From Candidatus Proteinoplasmatales archaeon SG8-5 (GTDB taxonomy: Archaea; Thermoplasmatota; Thermoplasmata; SG8-5), in assembly GCA_001595885.1 (NCBI GenBank), contig LSSH01000084.1, positions 1 through 41,329 on the forward strand: a stretch of DNA of 41,329 bases. The letters are read 5' to 3'. Below the pieces are notes generated by a model. The model was given only the letters and a program-made list of their open reading frames with translations. It had not been told where the DNA came from and searched no databases. A program made the position numbers and the translations under genes. Positions 1-9,889 of the stretch are shown here, piece after piece (within the stretch, counting starts at the first letter, position 1; the number at the start of each line of letters is the position of its first letter).

Positions 1-2
1 TC

Positions 3-128
3 GATGGGTTCCTATTCCATCAGGTAATCAGCATACCAATCGTTACGGCTGGCATAACACTAATTTCATTTGCAGCATGTTGGGGTATCAGCAAGATACC
101 ACTGGTAAGGCGAATAATCGGAGCCTGA
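3..128 (+). CDS. C-terminal fragment of a membrane protein, probably acyltransferase-3 family (truncated by window start)
   Basis: My translation of frame 3: DGFLFHQVISIPIVTAGITLISFAACWGISKIPLVRRIIGA*. A final TM helix plus KIPxxRRxIG tail is typical of Acyl_transf_3 O-acyltransferases; next to a glycan cluster. Confidence 0.55.
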   Translation, partial: DGFLFHQVISIPIVTAGITLISFAACWGISKIPLVRRIIGA

Positions 129-239
129 GATAATAGTAGCAATCCCGAATAAATGGACAGGAAAGGAGGGTCCTGAGAGATATTTCGATGATAGGCTCGA
201 AGAGGTGGAACTCAGCTGAGAGATCATGGTGATTATAAC

Positions 240-1712
240 CTACACCTCATACACATTATACCCCTCGTAGTACTCGTACGTCATATAATTGGCATCGAGG
301 TAGAGGATTACCGGGTTGAGGGGATGGTCAGGGGTTTCCCTTATTGTATCCGCATAACCCTTGCCGATTATCACGTACTGGACATAGCCCTGTTGAGTAG
401 TGTTGATGAGCGATTGAGCGTTCCAGGTCAAATTGTGGTTGACAGAGAAGTAGTAGATATTCTCGTCTGGGGGCGGAAGGTCGCACGTGAAGTAGTATGT
501 CGGGTCCTTCAACATCATTATCGTGCGATTCTCATCCACATGTTCTTTGATATAGTCAATCATCTCCTGTCGATAGGCCGTCGTCTTGAACGGTTTCCCG
601 ACAAAGAAGACGAACTGAAATATGATTACAAACGATAGTATCAGCACGGCAGCTTTCTTTAAATTACCCCACGTTATCTTGAAGTCAAGCCAGTCATCCA
701 TATAGTATGCGCAGAACACTGCAAGGAACGGCAGTGCTACAATCATGTAATGCTTGTATTGCCTGATGAGGAGCGTGGAAAGACCGACCAAGGCCAGCAG
801 CAGTATGAAGCCTAGCACCCTGTTCTTACTGGAGATATTCCTCTTCAGAATATCACGACCCAGAAGACCGCATCCCACGATGATCGGGACCCAGATTGCC
901 AGGTAGGCAAGGTCGTTGACATAATACCCTTTTATATTCTCGAATATCCCAATGGATGGCCCTACGACATAATTCGAGTTGGACGACCAGACATTGATAT
1001 AATACTCATCGAACAGCCCCAGGCCAGCGAATGTTGCCATTACCAATATCATGACGGTGAGGAATCCCAAGGCAAATGCCACAAAACTGAACAGGTTCTT
1101 ACTGAAAGCATCCTTGGACCTTTCTCCAAGGTAAAGATACAGGAAGATGAAGGGGACAGGAATGGCATAAAGGATGCCGACCTGCTTGAACTGCGATGCT
1201 ATACCTAGAGATATTCCAGCTATGAACAGGAACCTGTTGTCCCCCTTCCTTACGCCTCTCAGGAAGAACAGGGCAAATAACAGGAGGAACGGGACCATGA
1301 AAACTTCGGTCAGGAACCAGATTCCCTCATAGAAAACTGTGCTTCCGAGGAAGAGTATGGCCGCAATCATGCCCATACGCCTGTTATCGGGAAAGACCTC
1401 GTTGACCAGGAGGATTATCAGAAGGCTGGATATGAGGTTCGTGATGATCACCGATATCCGTAGAGCCAGCAGGCTGTCGGACATCCACAGGACAGAGGCA
1501 GCCACAAGATGTATTCCAGGTGGTTTGTGGTCGAAGAAGTCTCCGTAGGGTAGCTTTCCCTCAAGGATGCCCCGACCGATGACGCCGAACACGCTCTCGT
1601 CAACAGACGCCATATAATTAACATAAATGAACTGGATGACAACGGTAATCAAGTAGATGAACAGCCAGAAGTAAATGCTGCTCAGAAGTATCTCAGTTCT
1701 TTTCTGCAACAT
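240..1712 (-). CDS. GT-C fold (ArnT/PMT-like) integral membrane glycosyltransferase
   Basis: 490 aa, many TM segments, DE motif after TM1 (VDES), PYGDFFDHKPPG, KQ and HY motifs typical of ArnT/PMT_2-like proteins. Confidence 0.75.
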   Translation of the reverse strand: MLQKRTEILLSSIYFWLFIYLITVVIQFIYVNYMASVDESVFGVIGRGILEGKLPYGDFFDHKPPGIHLVAASVLWMSDSLLALRISVIITNLISSLLIILLVNEVFPDNRRMGMIAAILFLGSTVFYEGIWFLTEVFMVPFLLLFALFFLRGVRKGDNRFLFIAGISLGIASQFKQVGILYAIPVPFIFLYLYLGERSKDAFSKNLFSFVAFALGFLTVMILVMATFAGLGLFDEYYINVWSSNSNYVVGPSIGIFENIKGYYVNDLAYLAIWVPIIVGCGLLGRDILKRNISSKNRVLGFILLLALVGLSTLLIRQYKHYMIVALPFLAVFCAYYMDDWLDFKITWGNLKKAAVLILSFVIIFQFVFFVGKPFKTTAYRQEMIDYIKEHVDENRTIMMLKDPTYYFTCDLPPPDENIYYFSVNHNLTWNAQSLINTTQQGYVQYVIIGKGYADTIRETPDHPLNPVILYLDANYMTYEYYEGYNVYEV

Positions 1713-2679
1713 CGGTCGCCTCTCCGCGGATGCTCGTTATGTTGATGCCCGTGCTCCATCCGGCAAATGCTCCCAGGATTAATGTGTATGTATTCTTGAA
1801 TACGTGGTCGAGAACGATGATGGACAAAGCAACGTCCATGCCAACTCCGGTCAGGGAGACGAGGACGGCAGAGAATGCGACCTCGTAGGGGCCTATACCG
1901 CCCGGGGTGAGCGGGAGGACCTTGGTCATGTTGGCCAATATGATGGCGAAGAATATCACGAGCACGTCCACATCGAATCCCAGGGCGAGGGTGAACAGGT
2001 AGGTAACCAGGCATTCGAGGGTCCAGATGGCCAGCGATGCTAAGAACGATGCGGCCATCTTCCGCCTGTCCAGCGCCATTGACCGCATTGCCTTCCAAAG
2101 CTTGCTCAAGTTTTTGTAGAGCCAGGAGCTTGAACTTGTTTCATTTCCACCGTTTCCCGTTCGAAGAAGAAACAGGAGCATTATCAGAACGCATGCGGTG
2201 AGTATGAAGCAGGCCAGAAAGATGCCCGTGGTCCACGTGGGCAGTCCCGGGTTGATGACGAAAGGAAGCAGAACCAGCCCCAATATCAAAATTGCGATGA
2301 GGTCGAAATACCTGTCTATCAGTACGCTGCTCAGACCCCTGTGGTATTCTATGCCAAAGAGCTTTTTCACGGCATAAACCTTGACCATGTCGCCCAGTTT
2401 AGCGGGGACAACCAAGTTGGCCGTGTTTCCGACAAGATAGAGTTTGGTTGATGTTAGTGTCCCGACCTTCCTGTCGGATGTGGAGAGTATTCCGCCCCAC
2501 CTAAACCCTCTGAAGAGCCAGCCCAAGGTGTACACCAATGTAATGGGCACGATGAAAAGGATGTTCATCAACATCAGATTATCAAGAAAGCGTTGGTAAT
2601 CGGATATGTATATCAGTATGATGATTATCAAAATCGCGAAAAGCAATGATGCTCCATAGAGAATGCGCTTGCCTTTCAT
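1693..2679 (-). CDS. Lysylphosphatidylglycerol synthase TM / UPF0104 flippase-like protein
   Basis: RGFRW, NLVVPAKLGDMVK, DRYFD, PLTPGGIGPYE motifs. Confidence 0.85.
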   Translation of the reverse strand: MKGKRILYGASLLFAILIIIILIYISDYQRFLDNLMLMNILFIVPITLVYTLGWLFRGFRWGGILSTSDRKVGTLTSTKLYLVGNTANLVVPAKLGDMVKVYAVKKLFGIEYHRGLSSVLIDRYFDLIAILILGLVLLPFVINPGLPTWTTGIFLACFILTACVLIMLLFLLRTGNGGNETSSSSWLYKNLSKLWKAMRSMALDRRKMAASFLASLAIWTLECLVTYLFTLALGFDVDVLVIFFAIILANMTKVLPLTPGGIGPYEVAFSAVLVSLTGVGMDVALSIIVLDHVFKNTYTLILGAFAGWSTGINITSIRGEATDVAEKN

Positions 2680-3383
2680 GGTCTACCTTCTATCTCTTGT
2701 TTCAGGGACTTCAACCCGCGGAGCTGTGCCTTAACCACTACCGGGATGTTCGACAACTGGAACTGGTCTGCGTTCCCTGTTGTCCTACCAAAATGTTGAA
2801 CCGGGACCCAGGATATATTAAATCCCTTCTTCTGTGAGCGGATGACCAACTCAGTGGAGAATCCGTATTTCAGATGCCGTATGTCTGGAACGACAGACTC
2901 GAGGACCTTCCTGTTCATGATCTTGAACCCTGAGTTGATATCCTTGATGTATATTCCAAACCTCGCGTAAACCAGGAGGTTATAAAGCATGGATAAGAAT
3001 TTCCTGTATAACGGGTCACACCTGTTAACCTTCACCCCGCAAACGAGGTCTGAGTTTGTCAGCCTACGGTACAGTTTCCAGAAATCCTTAGGATTGTGGG
3101 TATTATCAGAGTCAGAGTAAAAAATGATATCCCCCTTGGCCTGCAACAGAGCATCCTTCAAGCCCTGCATGTACCCTTTCCTTTCTTCACCAGTTATGAG
3201 CGTCATGGGGATCTCATCGGAGAGTCTTCGTAGTATCTCCCTGGTGCCATCGGTGCTTCCGTCCTCAACAACCAAAAGGTCGCTTCCGGGTCGCTTTCTT
3301 ATGACATCGTCATAGAATCCCTTCACCACTTCCTCTATCACTTCGGCTTCATTGTGCACGGGTATGACAATAGTGAGAGGCAT
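2676..3383 (-). CDS. GT2 glycosyltransferase, polyprenol-phosphate sugar synthase (DPM1-like)
   Basis: IVIPVHNE, VVEDGSTDGT, DSD, DINSGFK motifs. Start placed at ATG 3383, just after the upstream stop. Confidence 0.85.
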   Translation of the reverse strand: MPLTIVIPVHNEAEVIEEVVKGFYDDVIRKRPGSDLLVVEDGSTDGTREILRRLSDEIPMTLITGEERKGYMQGLKDALLQAKGDIIFYSDSDNTHNPKDFWKLYRRLTNSDLVCGVKVNRCDPLYRKFLSMLYNLLVYARFGIYIKDINSGFKIMNRKVLESVVPDIRHLKYGFSTELVIRSQKKGFNISWVPVQHFGRTTGNADQFQLSNIPVVVKAQLRGLKSLKQEIEGRP

Positions 3384-3384
3384 C

Positions 3385-4725
3385 TCATCCTGGTTCTTCT
3401 CGTTTCGGCGGGAAATGCTTTTTTGCGACATGGGCAGCACTCTCAATGCATCTGTCCATATTTAGGTATTCATAGTTGGAGAAACGACCGCAGAGTATCA
3501 GACCGATGTCTGAGAAATGACTCTCGAAGGTTTGTTTGTTCGCACTATATCCGCGGTCGTTGAGCACATATGCGAACTCGTTCCTGGCGACATGAGTGAA
3601 TACGATTTCGCCTGCTGAGAAATATTCCAGCCTTTCCAGGGTATCTGAGACTCTTGAGGCAATAGTCATATCCGGTTCGTTCCACAATCCCGATCCGGGT
3701 TTACAGCTAATCTCCGCCAGAACAGAACTGTGGCCCTTTGGTGCATTATCAGGACTGAAATTCGAGGGAAAGCTGAGCCTATGAAATGGAATGTCCTTCT
3801 GCGGGAAGTAAATCCAACTCCTGTCACTGACCTGCGGTTTGTTTACACCAACTGATACGGTAATAATCGAAACGTAGTCAAGATTGCCAACGGCCTTGCT
3901 TACATCTTCAGGAATGGCATCGTATGCAGCTGCCAAATTTTGAATGGGTATAGTGGATATTAGCTTGTCGTAATGACGATTCTCACCGTCCGTTGTTTCG
4001 ACGGTCCATGCTCCATCGCGTTTACTAACCTGCTGAACCTCGGCATTGGTGATGAGTTTCTCACGACCAAATGTAGGTATGAGTGTGTCAGTTAGGGCCT
4101 GTATCCCGCCGGACACCGGGTAATAGAAGTTCAGTTGATGTTTGTAACCTTCTGTAGGTATGTTCCGGGCGGCCTTTTTCACATCATCCACAGGTGGCTT
4201 CGGAACCCGACCTTGCACCCAATCAACTCCCAGGTCTTTCGGTGAGGTGCACCAGAGCTTCTCATTGTAAGGTACTAGATACAGGTCGCTAATTCCGGCA
4301 CCGAAATTTGCATACATCCAATCCATGAAATTTTCAGGTAGGTTTTCTTTACCCTCCCGCTGCAGGGTCTCAGCTTCCACAAAGTCGTTCAAGCATTTGT
4401 CTCTCAGGGAGGGTTCAAGGTCCGCCAGATTGTTCTCAAGAGGATATTTCACGTATTTTCCTTCGAGGAATATCGCGCTGTTGCGCCTGTTCTTGACGAC
4501 ATTATCCCCAAGGATATCTAACATGAGAGCCAGGGTTGTTTCATTTCTCGAGAATATCACATGCGAACCTCCGATGTCGAAGGTGAAATCTCCTATGATT
4601 TGGCTGCGGCACAAACCGCCGGGTTCTGATCCGCCCTCAAGAATTTGGAACTCATATCCATTAGTTTTTAGAAAATAGCCTATGGATATACCGGTCAGAC
4701 CTCCGCCTAGAATTCCTACTGTCAT
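3385..4725 (-). CDS. FAD-dependent oxidoreductase (protoporphyrinogen oxidase / UDP-galactopyranose mutase-like superfamily)
   Basis: GGGLTG Rossmann motif, GGLCRS, FDIGGSH, PYNEKLW, FYYPxxGG, GRFxxYEYLNMD. Confidence 0.75.
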   Translation of the reverse strand: MTVGILGGGLTGISIGYFLKTNGYEFQILEGGSEPGGLCRSQIIGDFTFDIGGSHVIFSRNETTLALMLDILGDNVVKNRRNSAIFLEGKYVKYPLENNLADLEPSLRDKCLNDFVEAETLQREGKENLPENFMDWMYANFGAGISDLYLVPYNEKLWCTSPKDLGVDWVQGRVPKPPVDDVKKAARNIPTEGYKHQLNFYYPVSGGIQALTDTLIPTFGREKLITNAEVQQVSKRDGAWTVETTDGENRHYDKLISTIPIQNLAAAYDAIPEDVSKAVGNLDYVSIITVSVGVNKPQVSDRSWIYFPQKDIPFHRLSFPSNFSPDNAPKGHSSVLAEISCKPGSGLWNEPDMTIASRVSDTLERLEYFSAGEIVFTHVARNEFAYVLNDRGYSANKQTFESHFSDIGLILCGRFSNYEYLNMDRCIESAAHVAKKHFPPKREEPG

Positions 4726-4859
4726 GATTCATCTCCACGTGTGCTTGATGGGAATCAAATCACGCGAATTAATGTCATCATTGTGGGAACCAGGTGTAAT
4801 ACATAAATAAACCGCTTAATCTCAGCATTATCAAAAACAATAAATACACACATCAGCTA

Positions 4860-6080
4860 ATGGCGACCATGGAGTCCCTGAAGATTGCCATGCTCGCCCC
4901 GGAGTTCCTTCCGAATTGGGGGGGAGCGGGTACATATTCGATCCTTTTGGCCCGCGAGCTTTCGAAATCCGATGAGGTTCACGTTTTCACAACCCTAAGG
5001 CCAAGTAATGGCCGTGTTGGCAACAGCCCCAGGGAAATGGAGGAATATTTCAACGACAGGGTCAAGATACAACTGGTTTCGCAGGCAAGGGATAATTTCT
5101 GGTACAATGCAATCTTCCAGTTCAACGTGGCCAGGAACCTTCCCAGGATTTTATCCAAGGAGAGGTATGACATTGTGCACTCGAACCACGCTCACATGCC
5201 CGACCTCGGACTCAAGATGAGGAAACTCGACAGTGGATGCATCACGACAATCCACACGACCCTGTCGAGTCAATATAAGGGCATAAAGAGCTCTGTTAGG
5301 TCCATCGATCACATGGAGGGCTCGGAAAGGATGGTTCGGCTGGGATACCATTTCCTGAGATTGATAGAGAGATATTACCTGGCAAAATCCGATAATATAA
5401 TCTTCGTATCGGACTTCATTAGGGGTGAAACCGCACGAATTGCCAAGCGCGAATTCCACAGGACAAAGCTGATCAGGAACGGCATAGACCTGGAACATTT
5501 CAAGAACGGTGATCCTGCCCCTTCTAATAGAACGGTTAATGTCCTGTTCTGCGGACGATTACTGGCCTTGAAAGGCTTGAATAACCTCATCGAGGCGTTC
5601 AAGATTGTACACAAAAAATGCCCCAATACCCGCCTGTTACTTGTGGGCGGGGGGAACATCGAGCACTGGAAGATGACGGCAAAGCAGACAGGTATACCTG
5701 ATGATGCCATTGCTTTCATGGGTCAAATGAGATATGAGGAAATGCCAGGTATTTTCCGAAAGGGCGACGTATTTGTGCTGCCGAGCATGAGTGAGAGCAT
5801 GCCTTTGTCATTGCTCGAGGCCATGGCTTGTGGCCGGTCTGCCATCGCCTCGAACGTCGGGGGAATACCAGAAATCATCACACACGGCGAGAACGGATAT
5901 CTGGTGAAACCCGGTGATTCGGTAGAGTTGTCAAAGAGGATTATCGAGTTGGTCGGGAACCCCGATCTCCGTGATAGGTTCGGTGCAAAGGCCAGAACAA
6001 ACGTCGAGAAACATTTTGACCTGAAGAACATGGTGAAGGAGACGAGAGAGATGTTCCTGTCTGTCGCGGGTGATAGCTAA
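4860..6080 (+). CDS. GT4 glycosyltransferase
   Basis: NGID, GRLLALKG, PSMSESMPLSLLEAMACG, SNVGGIPE. Confidence 0.9.
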   Translation: MATMESLKIAMLAPEFLPNWGGAGTYSILLARELSKSDEVHVFTTLRPSNGRVGNSPREMEEYFNDRVKIQLVSQARDNFWYNAIFQFNVARNLPRILSKERYDIVHSNHAHMPDLGLKMRKLDSGCITTIHTTLSSQYKGIKSSVRSIDHMEGSERMVRLGYHFLRLIERYYLAKSDNIIFVSDFIRGETARIAKREFHRTKLIRNGIDLEHFKNGDPAPSNRTVNVLFCGRLLALKGLNNLIEAFKIVHKKCPNTRLLLVGGGNIEHWKMTAKQTGIPDDAIAFMGQMRYEEMPGIFRKGDVFVLPSMSESMPLSLLEAMACGRSAIASNVGGIPEIITHGENGYLVKPGDSVELSKRIIELVGNPDLRDRFGAKARTNVEKHFDLKNMVKETREMFLSVAGDS

Positions 6081-7504
6081 TGAAGATAATGCTGGTAAAT
6101 CCACCAAGGTTTCAGGGGTTATCGGTTATCCGGGAGGAGAGATGCGAGATAGTCGAGCGTTACTCCGTTCTCGAGCCCTATAGCCTGCTTCAGCTGGCAT
6201 CCATACTTCGTGAAGAGGGGCATGAGGTTTCGTTGATCGACGCCAATGGCTTCGACCTCGACTATAACGAGGTCATGCAAAGGGTGAGGAAATTCGGTCC
6301 TGACATTATGATTTTCAGATTCACACCCACGACCTTCGACCATGATATGAAATTATGTGGCTTGGTAAAAAGGTTTAATTCTGAGGTTATGACGGTGGGT
6401 CTTTGTTGGACACTGACCTCACTTGCCGAGGATGTCATGTCCTCCGCCGAGGCTCTTGACTGTTTTGTACTTGGTGATTATGAGGTCGTGGTTCCGAGAC
6501 TAGTGAAGTATGGCCCAGATAGAGTGGAAGGTATCGCTTATCGCGACACTGGCGATATCAAGATTGTGCCGCCGAATGCTGATGACAGCGTCGACCTCGA
6601 CGATCTGCCAATCCCTGCATACGACTTATTAAATTCATTGGAACCCTATTACATCAATACTCCGACGGATGAACCATTCACCATTATGTACACAAGCCGC
6701 GGATGTCCTTTCAGCTGTGTTTTTTGCACTGTAGCCCGTACAAAATGGAAATCGAGGTCTGCGGAAAGTGTAATAGAGGAACTCAGATATCTGAAGAATG
6801 AACATGGCATAGGGCTTGTCTCGTTCTTTGACGAAACATTTACAATCGATAAGGAACGGACCTTGGCCATATGCAAGTCAATGCGGGAGGGGCGGTTGGA
6901 CATCAACTGGTATTGCAACACCAGGGCCAACCTTCTTGATGAGGAACTCGTCAAGAGCATGGCCAGCGCAGGGTGTAAAGGAATTAGCTTAGGTATCGAA
7001 TCGGGAAGCCAAAGGATATTGGACAGAGTATCCAAAGGCATAGACCTTAAGGATGCGAGAACTGCCATCGAGTTATGCAAGAAGAACGGCATCAAAGTGC
7101 TGTGCAGCTTCATCATCGGCCTTCCCGGAGAGACATGGTCAACTGTTGACGAGACCATCCAATTCGTGAAGGACAGTCTGCCCACTGGTGTCCAATTCAA
7201 TGTGGCGGTCCCATATCCTGGAACTGACTTATTCGAGTCAGCCGTCGAGAAGGGGCTCCTGAAGTCCAGCGATTGGCGTCAGATGTATCAGCATGAATCA
7301 ATCGTCGGGACCGATGATATGACCCCGAAGGAGCTCAATAAGGCCAGGATCAAAGCGTACAAGGCACTGTATACGCACCCGGTCTGGTACATGGAGAATG
7401 TCAAGCACGTGCTTCGAAACCCAGATGACCTCGGTTTGGCAGTCCGGTACTCAATTAAGATAATAAACAACTTCCTCATTCATAGGATGGAACATTCACA
7501 CTGA
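6080..7504 (+). CDS. B12-binding domain radical SAM protein
   Basis: N-terminal B12-binding-like domain (LVNPP...IDAN), TSRGCPFSCVFC, GIESGS, FIIGLPGET, PYPGT. Confidence 0.9.
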   Translation: MKIMLVNPPRFQGLSVIREERCEIVERYSVLEPYSLLQLASILREEGHEVSLIDANGFDLDYNEVMQRVRKFGPDIMIFRFTPTTFDHDMKLCGLVKRFNSEVMTVGLCWTLTSLAEDVMSSAEALDCFVLGDYEVVVPRLVKYGPDRVEGIAYRDTGDIKIVPPNADDSVDLDDLPIPAYDLLNSLEPYYINTPTDEPFTIMYTSRGCPFSCVFCTVARTKWKSRSAESVIEELRYLKNEHGIGLVSFFDETFTIDKERTLAICKSMREGRLDINWYCNTRANLLDEELVKSMASAGCKGISLGIESGSQRILDRVSKGIDLKDARTAIELCKKNGIKVLCSFIIGLPGETWSTVDETIQFVKDSLPTGVQFNVAVPYPGTDLFESAVEKGLLKSSDWRQMYQHESIVGTDDMTPKELNKARIKAYKALYTHPVWYMENVKHVLRNPDDLGLAVRYSIKIINNFLIHRMEHSH

Positions 7505-7517
7505 AGCGGGTATTGAA

Positions 7518-8675
7518 ATGGAGACATTCCGTTTTCTGTTAACCAGCACATTCTATCCACCGTATCATCTGGGCGGGGATGCAATCCATGTAAAATATCT
7601 GGCCGATGAGTTGGTTAGGCGCGGACACGAAGTGCTAGTGCTTCACAGCGTTGATGCATTCAATGTAAAACGAAAGAACAATGGTCAGGTGAATTTAGAG
7701 TCTGATAAGGTAACCACACATCCCCTGAGATCACCGTTCGGTAGACTATCACCGTTGTCAGCTTACGTCTTCGGTTCATCCTTCTATGTCGAGAAGAATT
7801 TCGAACGTGTTCTGAACGAATTCCCGCCCGATGTGGTCCACCATCACAATATCTCTTTGCTTGGACACACCTTGCTTCGAAAGAGGGGCAGATACAAGCA
7901 ATTATACACAGCACACGACCACTGGCTGATATGCCCGAAAAACGATTACATGAGGAAGGGAAGAATGTGCGAGGAGAAGAGGTGTGCGTCCTGCCTGATG
8001 AGGAACATGCGCCCTCCCCAACTATGGCGGAAGAAACTGAACCTGAGTGATATCGATTTGACAATCTGCCCGTCCGCGTACATGGCAGGGCAATTGAAGG
8101 AGCTGGGCCTTCGAATGGTCGTGATCCCGAATTTCGCTCCATTTCAGCAGGTTGATCTTCCAGAAGGTAAAGAGGATTATTTTCTATATTTGGGTGTCAT
8201 CGAGGAACACAAGGGTATAAAAATCCTCTTGAATGCGTTTGCTGAATCAAAAAACGAGTTGGTTATCGGGGGAAAGGGTTCCTTATCCGGATGGTTGGAG
8301 AAGGTCATCGAAAGGGATCATTTGTCAAATAGGGTTAGGTATTTGCATGAGGTCGGTGGGGAAAAATGGACATACCTGGCAAAGGCCTCCGCCGTTGTGA
8401 TCCCATCGATATGCCTGGAGAATTCCCCATTGGTGGCCCTGGAGGCCCTTTCGGTCGGGACACCTATCATTTGTACTAACATGGGAGGTACTAGGGAGAT
8501 CGCTGAGAAGATATCCGGTAACCTTGTGATACCCGTTGACGAACTCCATGACCGTTTGAGAACACTATCACCGCCTACTATCGATAGGAACCTAATTATG
8601 AAGATATTCAATGAGGAATACACTATTGATAAATACATGGAGAGGTACATGGCAATCGTCAAGGAGGGAGTCTGA
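7518..8675 (+). CDS. GT4 glycosyltransferase
   Basis: YPPYHLGG, TAHDHWLICP with Cys-rich insert, PSICLENSPLVALEA. Confidence 0.88.
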   Translation: METFRFLLTSTFYPPYHLGGDAIHVKYLADELVRRGHEVLVLHSVDAFNVKRKNNGQVNLESDKVTTHPLRSPFGRLSPLSAYVFGSSFYVEKNFERVLNEFPPDVVHHHNISLLGHTLLRKRGRYKQLYTAHDHWLICPKNDYMRKGRMCEEKRCASCLMRNMRPPQLWRKKLNLSDIDLTICPSAYMAGQLKELGLRMVVIPNFAPFQQVDLPEGKEDYFLYLGVIEEHKGIKILLNAFAESKNELVIGGKGSLSGWLEKVIERDHLSNRVRYLHEVGGEKWTYLAKASAVVIPSICLENSPLVALEALSVGTPIICTNMGGTREIAEKISGNLVIPVDELHDRLRTLSPPTIDRNLIMKIFNEEYTIDKYMERYMAIVKEGV

Positions 8676-9889
8676 TTCACATCGTTGACTCCCATGAGTT
8701 CGTGGAGATGTACAGGGGAGACAAAGACTTCAGACTGGGCATCGAGCTCTGTAAAACCCACGACGTAAAATATTCTATTTTGGTGCCTGATGTCGCATCC
8801 CCGGGAGATAGAAGGTTCTTCAGAACAGTGAGATTCCCAAGAAAGCAGATACCGTCATTACCGAGGAACATGAATATAATCTATCTCAAATCCAGATTGA
8901 TATTCTTCAGTAAGAGCAATCTCAGCCTTGGGGGGTTTTTCCAATATTCATCAATGTACCCTCGTTTGATCAAGAAGCTTAAGCCGGACCTGATTCTTGA
9001 GAACCCGTACACGACGTTAACTCCAAGGTCATATCAGACATACTTCGCCTCAAAGGTCAATGAAGTACCCATGGTTTACATAGACCCGGGAGATATTCCG
9101 CCAAAGGGTGCTTTGAAGAAAATTCTCAGTCGTTTTGAAAGACCGGTCATCAACTATGCTGAACATGTGGTCGTGTATAATGAGATGGGGAGGACTAGGT
9201 TCGCCGAGGAATACGGTTTTCCGAAGGAATATATCACAGTTATCCCAAAACCCGTTGACACCAGGCAGTTCACTCCCGGCTTGCATCGGGACGAGGCCAG
9301 GAGTAGGATTGGAGCCAGGGACAGGTTTGTGGTCGGATACATGGGGCGATTATCAAATAACAAGGGCGGCATTCACATGATGGAGGTCGCCAGACGTTTC
9401 AAGGAGGACGGCCTATCGGATAGGTTCTTCTTTCTGTTCGCCGGAGGCAACATCACCGAATCGGATGCAAAACCTTTCCATGCGATGAAAAGAAAGTATG
9501 GTCTGGACAACGTTCACTTCACTGGCAAGGTCCGCCATCGTGATATGAATGCGTATCAGGCAGCCTGTGACCTGATAGTGTATCCGGACGTGACCAATCT
9601 CCCGGGTTTCTCATCCGTGTTGGCAGAGTCCATGGCCATGGGCAAGGCCATTGTCATAGGTAATAAGGGATTCGAAGGGGCAACCCCCATAAGGGACAGG
9701 GTGAACGGGATGGTCATCCAGGCAAGGAATCCCGGAGATATCATAGAGGCGATAAGGGAATTATCCGTGGATGATGTCCAAAGGAAGAAATATGAGGAAG
9801 CGGTTCGGGAATATGCGGTTAAGGAGATGGACTGGAAGGAGCAGGCTAAAATATTCAAACGGATATTTGACAAGGCGGTAGACGCATGA
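8672..9889 (+). CDS. GT4 glycosyltransferase (probable CTG start; track start is GTG 8702)
   Basis: PKPVD, GRLSNNKG, GFSSVLAESMAMG. CTG 8672 overlaps the upstream TGA and follows GGAGGGAG. Confidence 0.82.
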   Translation: MIHIVDSHEFVEMYRGDKDFRLGIELCKTHDVKYSILVPDVASPGDRRFFRTVRFPRKQIPSLPRNMNIIYLKSRLIFFSKSNLSLGGFFQYSSMYPRLIKKLKPDLILENPYTTLTPRSYQTYFASKVNEVPMVYIDPGDIPPKGALKKILSRFERPVINYAEHVVVYNEMGRTRFAEEYGFPKEYITVIPKPVDTRQFTPGLHRDEARSRIGARDRFVVGYMGRLSNNKGGIHMMEVARRFKEDGLSDRFFFLFAGGNITESDAKPFHAMKRKYGLDNVHFTGKVRHRDMNAYQAACDLIVYPDVTNLPGFSSVLAESMAMGKAIVIGNKGFEGATPIRDRVNGMVIQARNPGDIIEAIRELSVDDVQRKKYEEAVREYAVKEMDWKEQAKIFKRIFDKAVDA

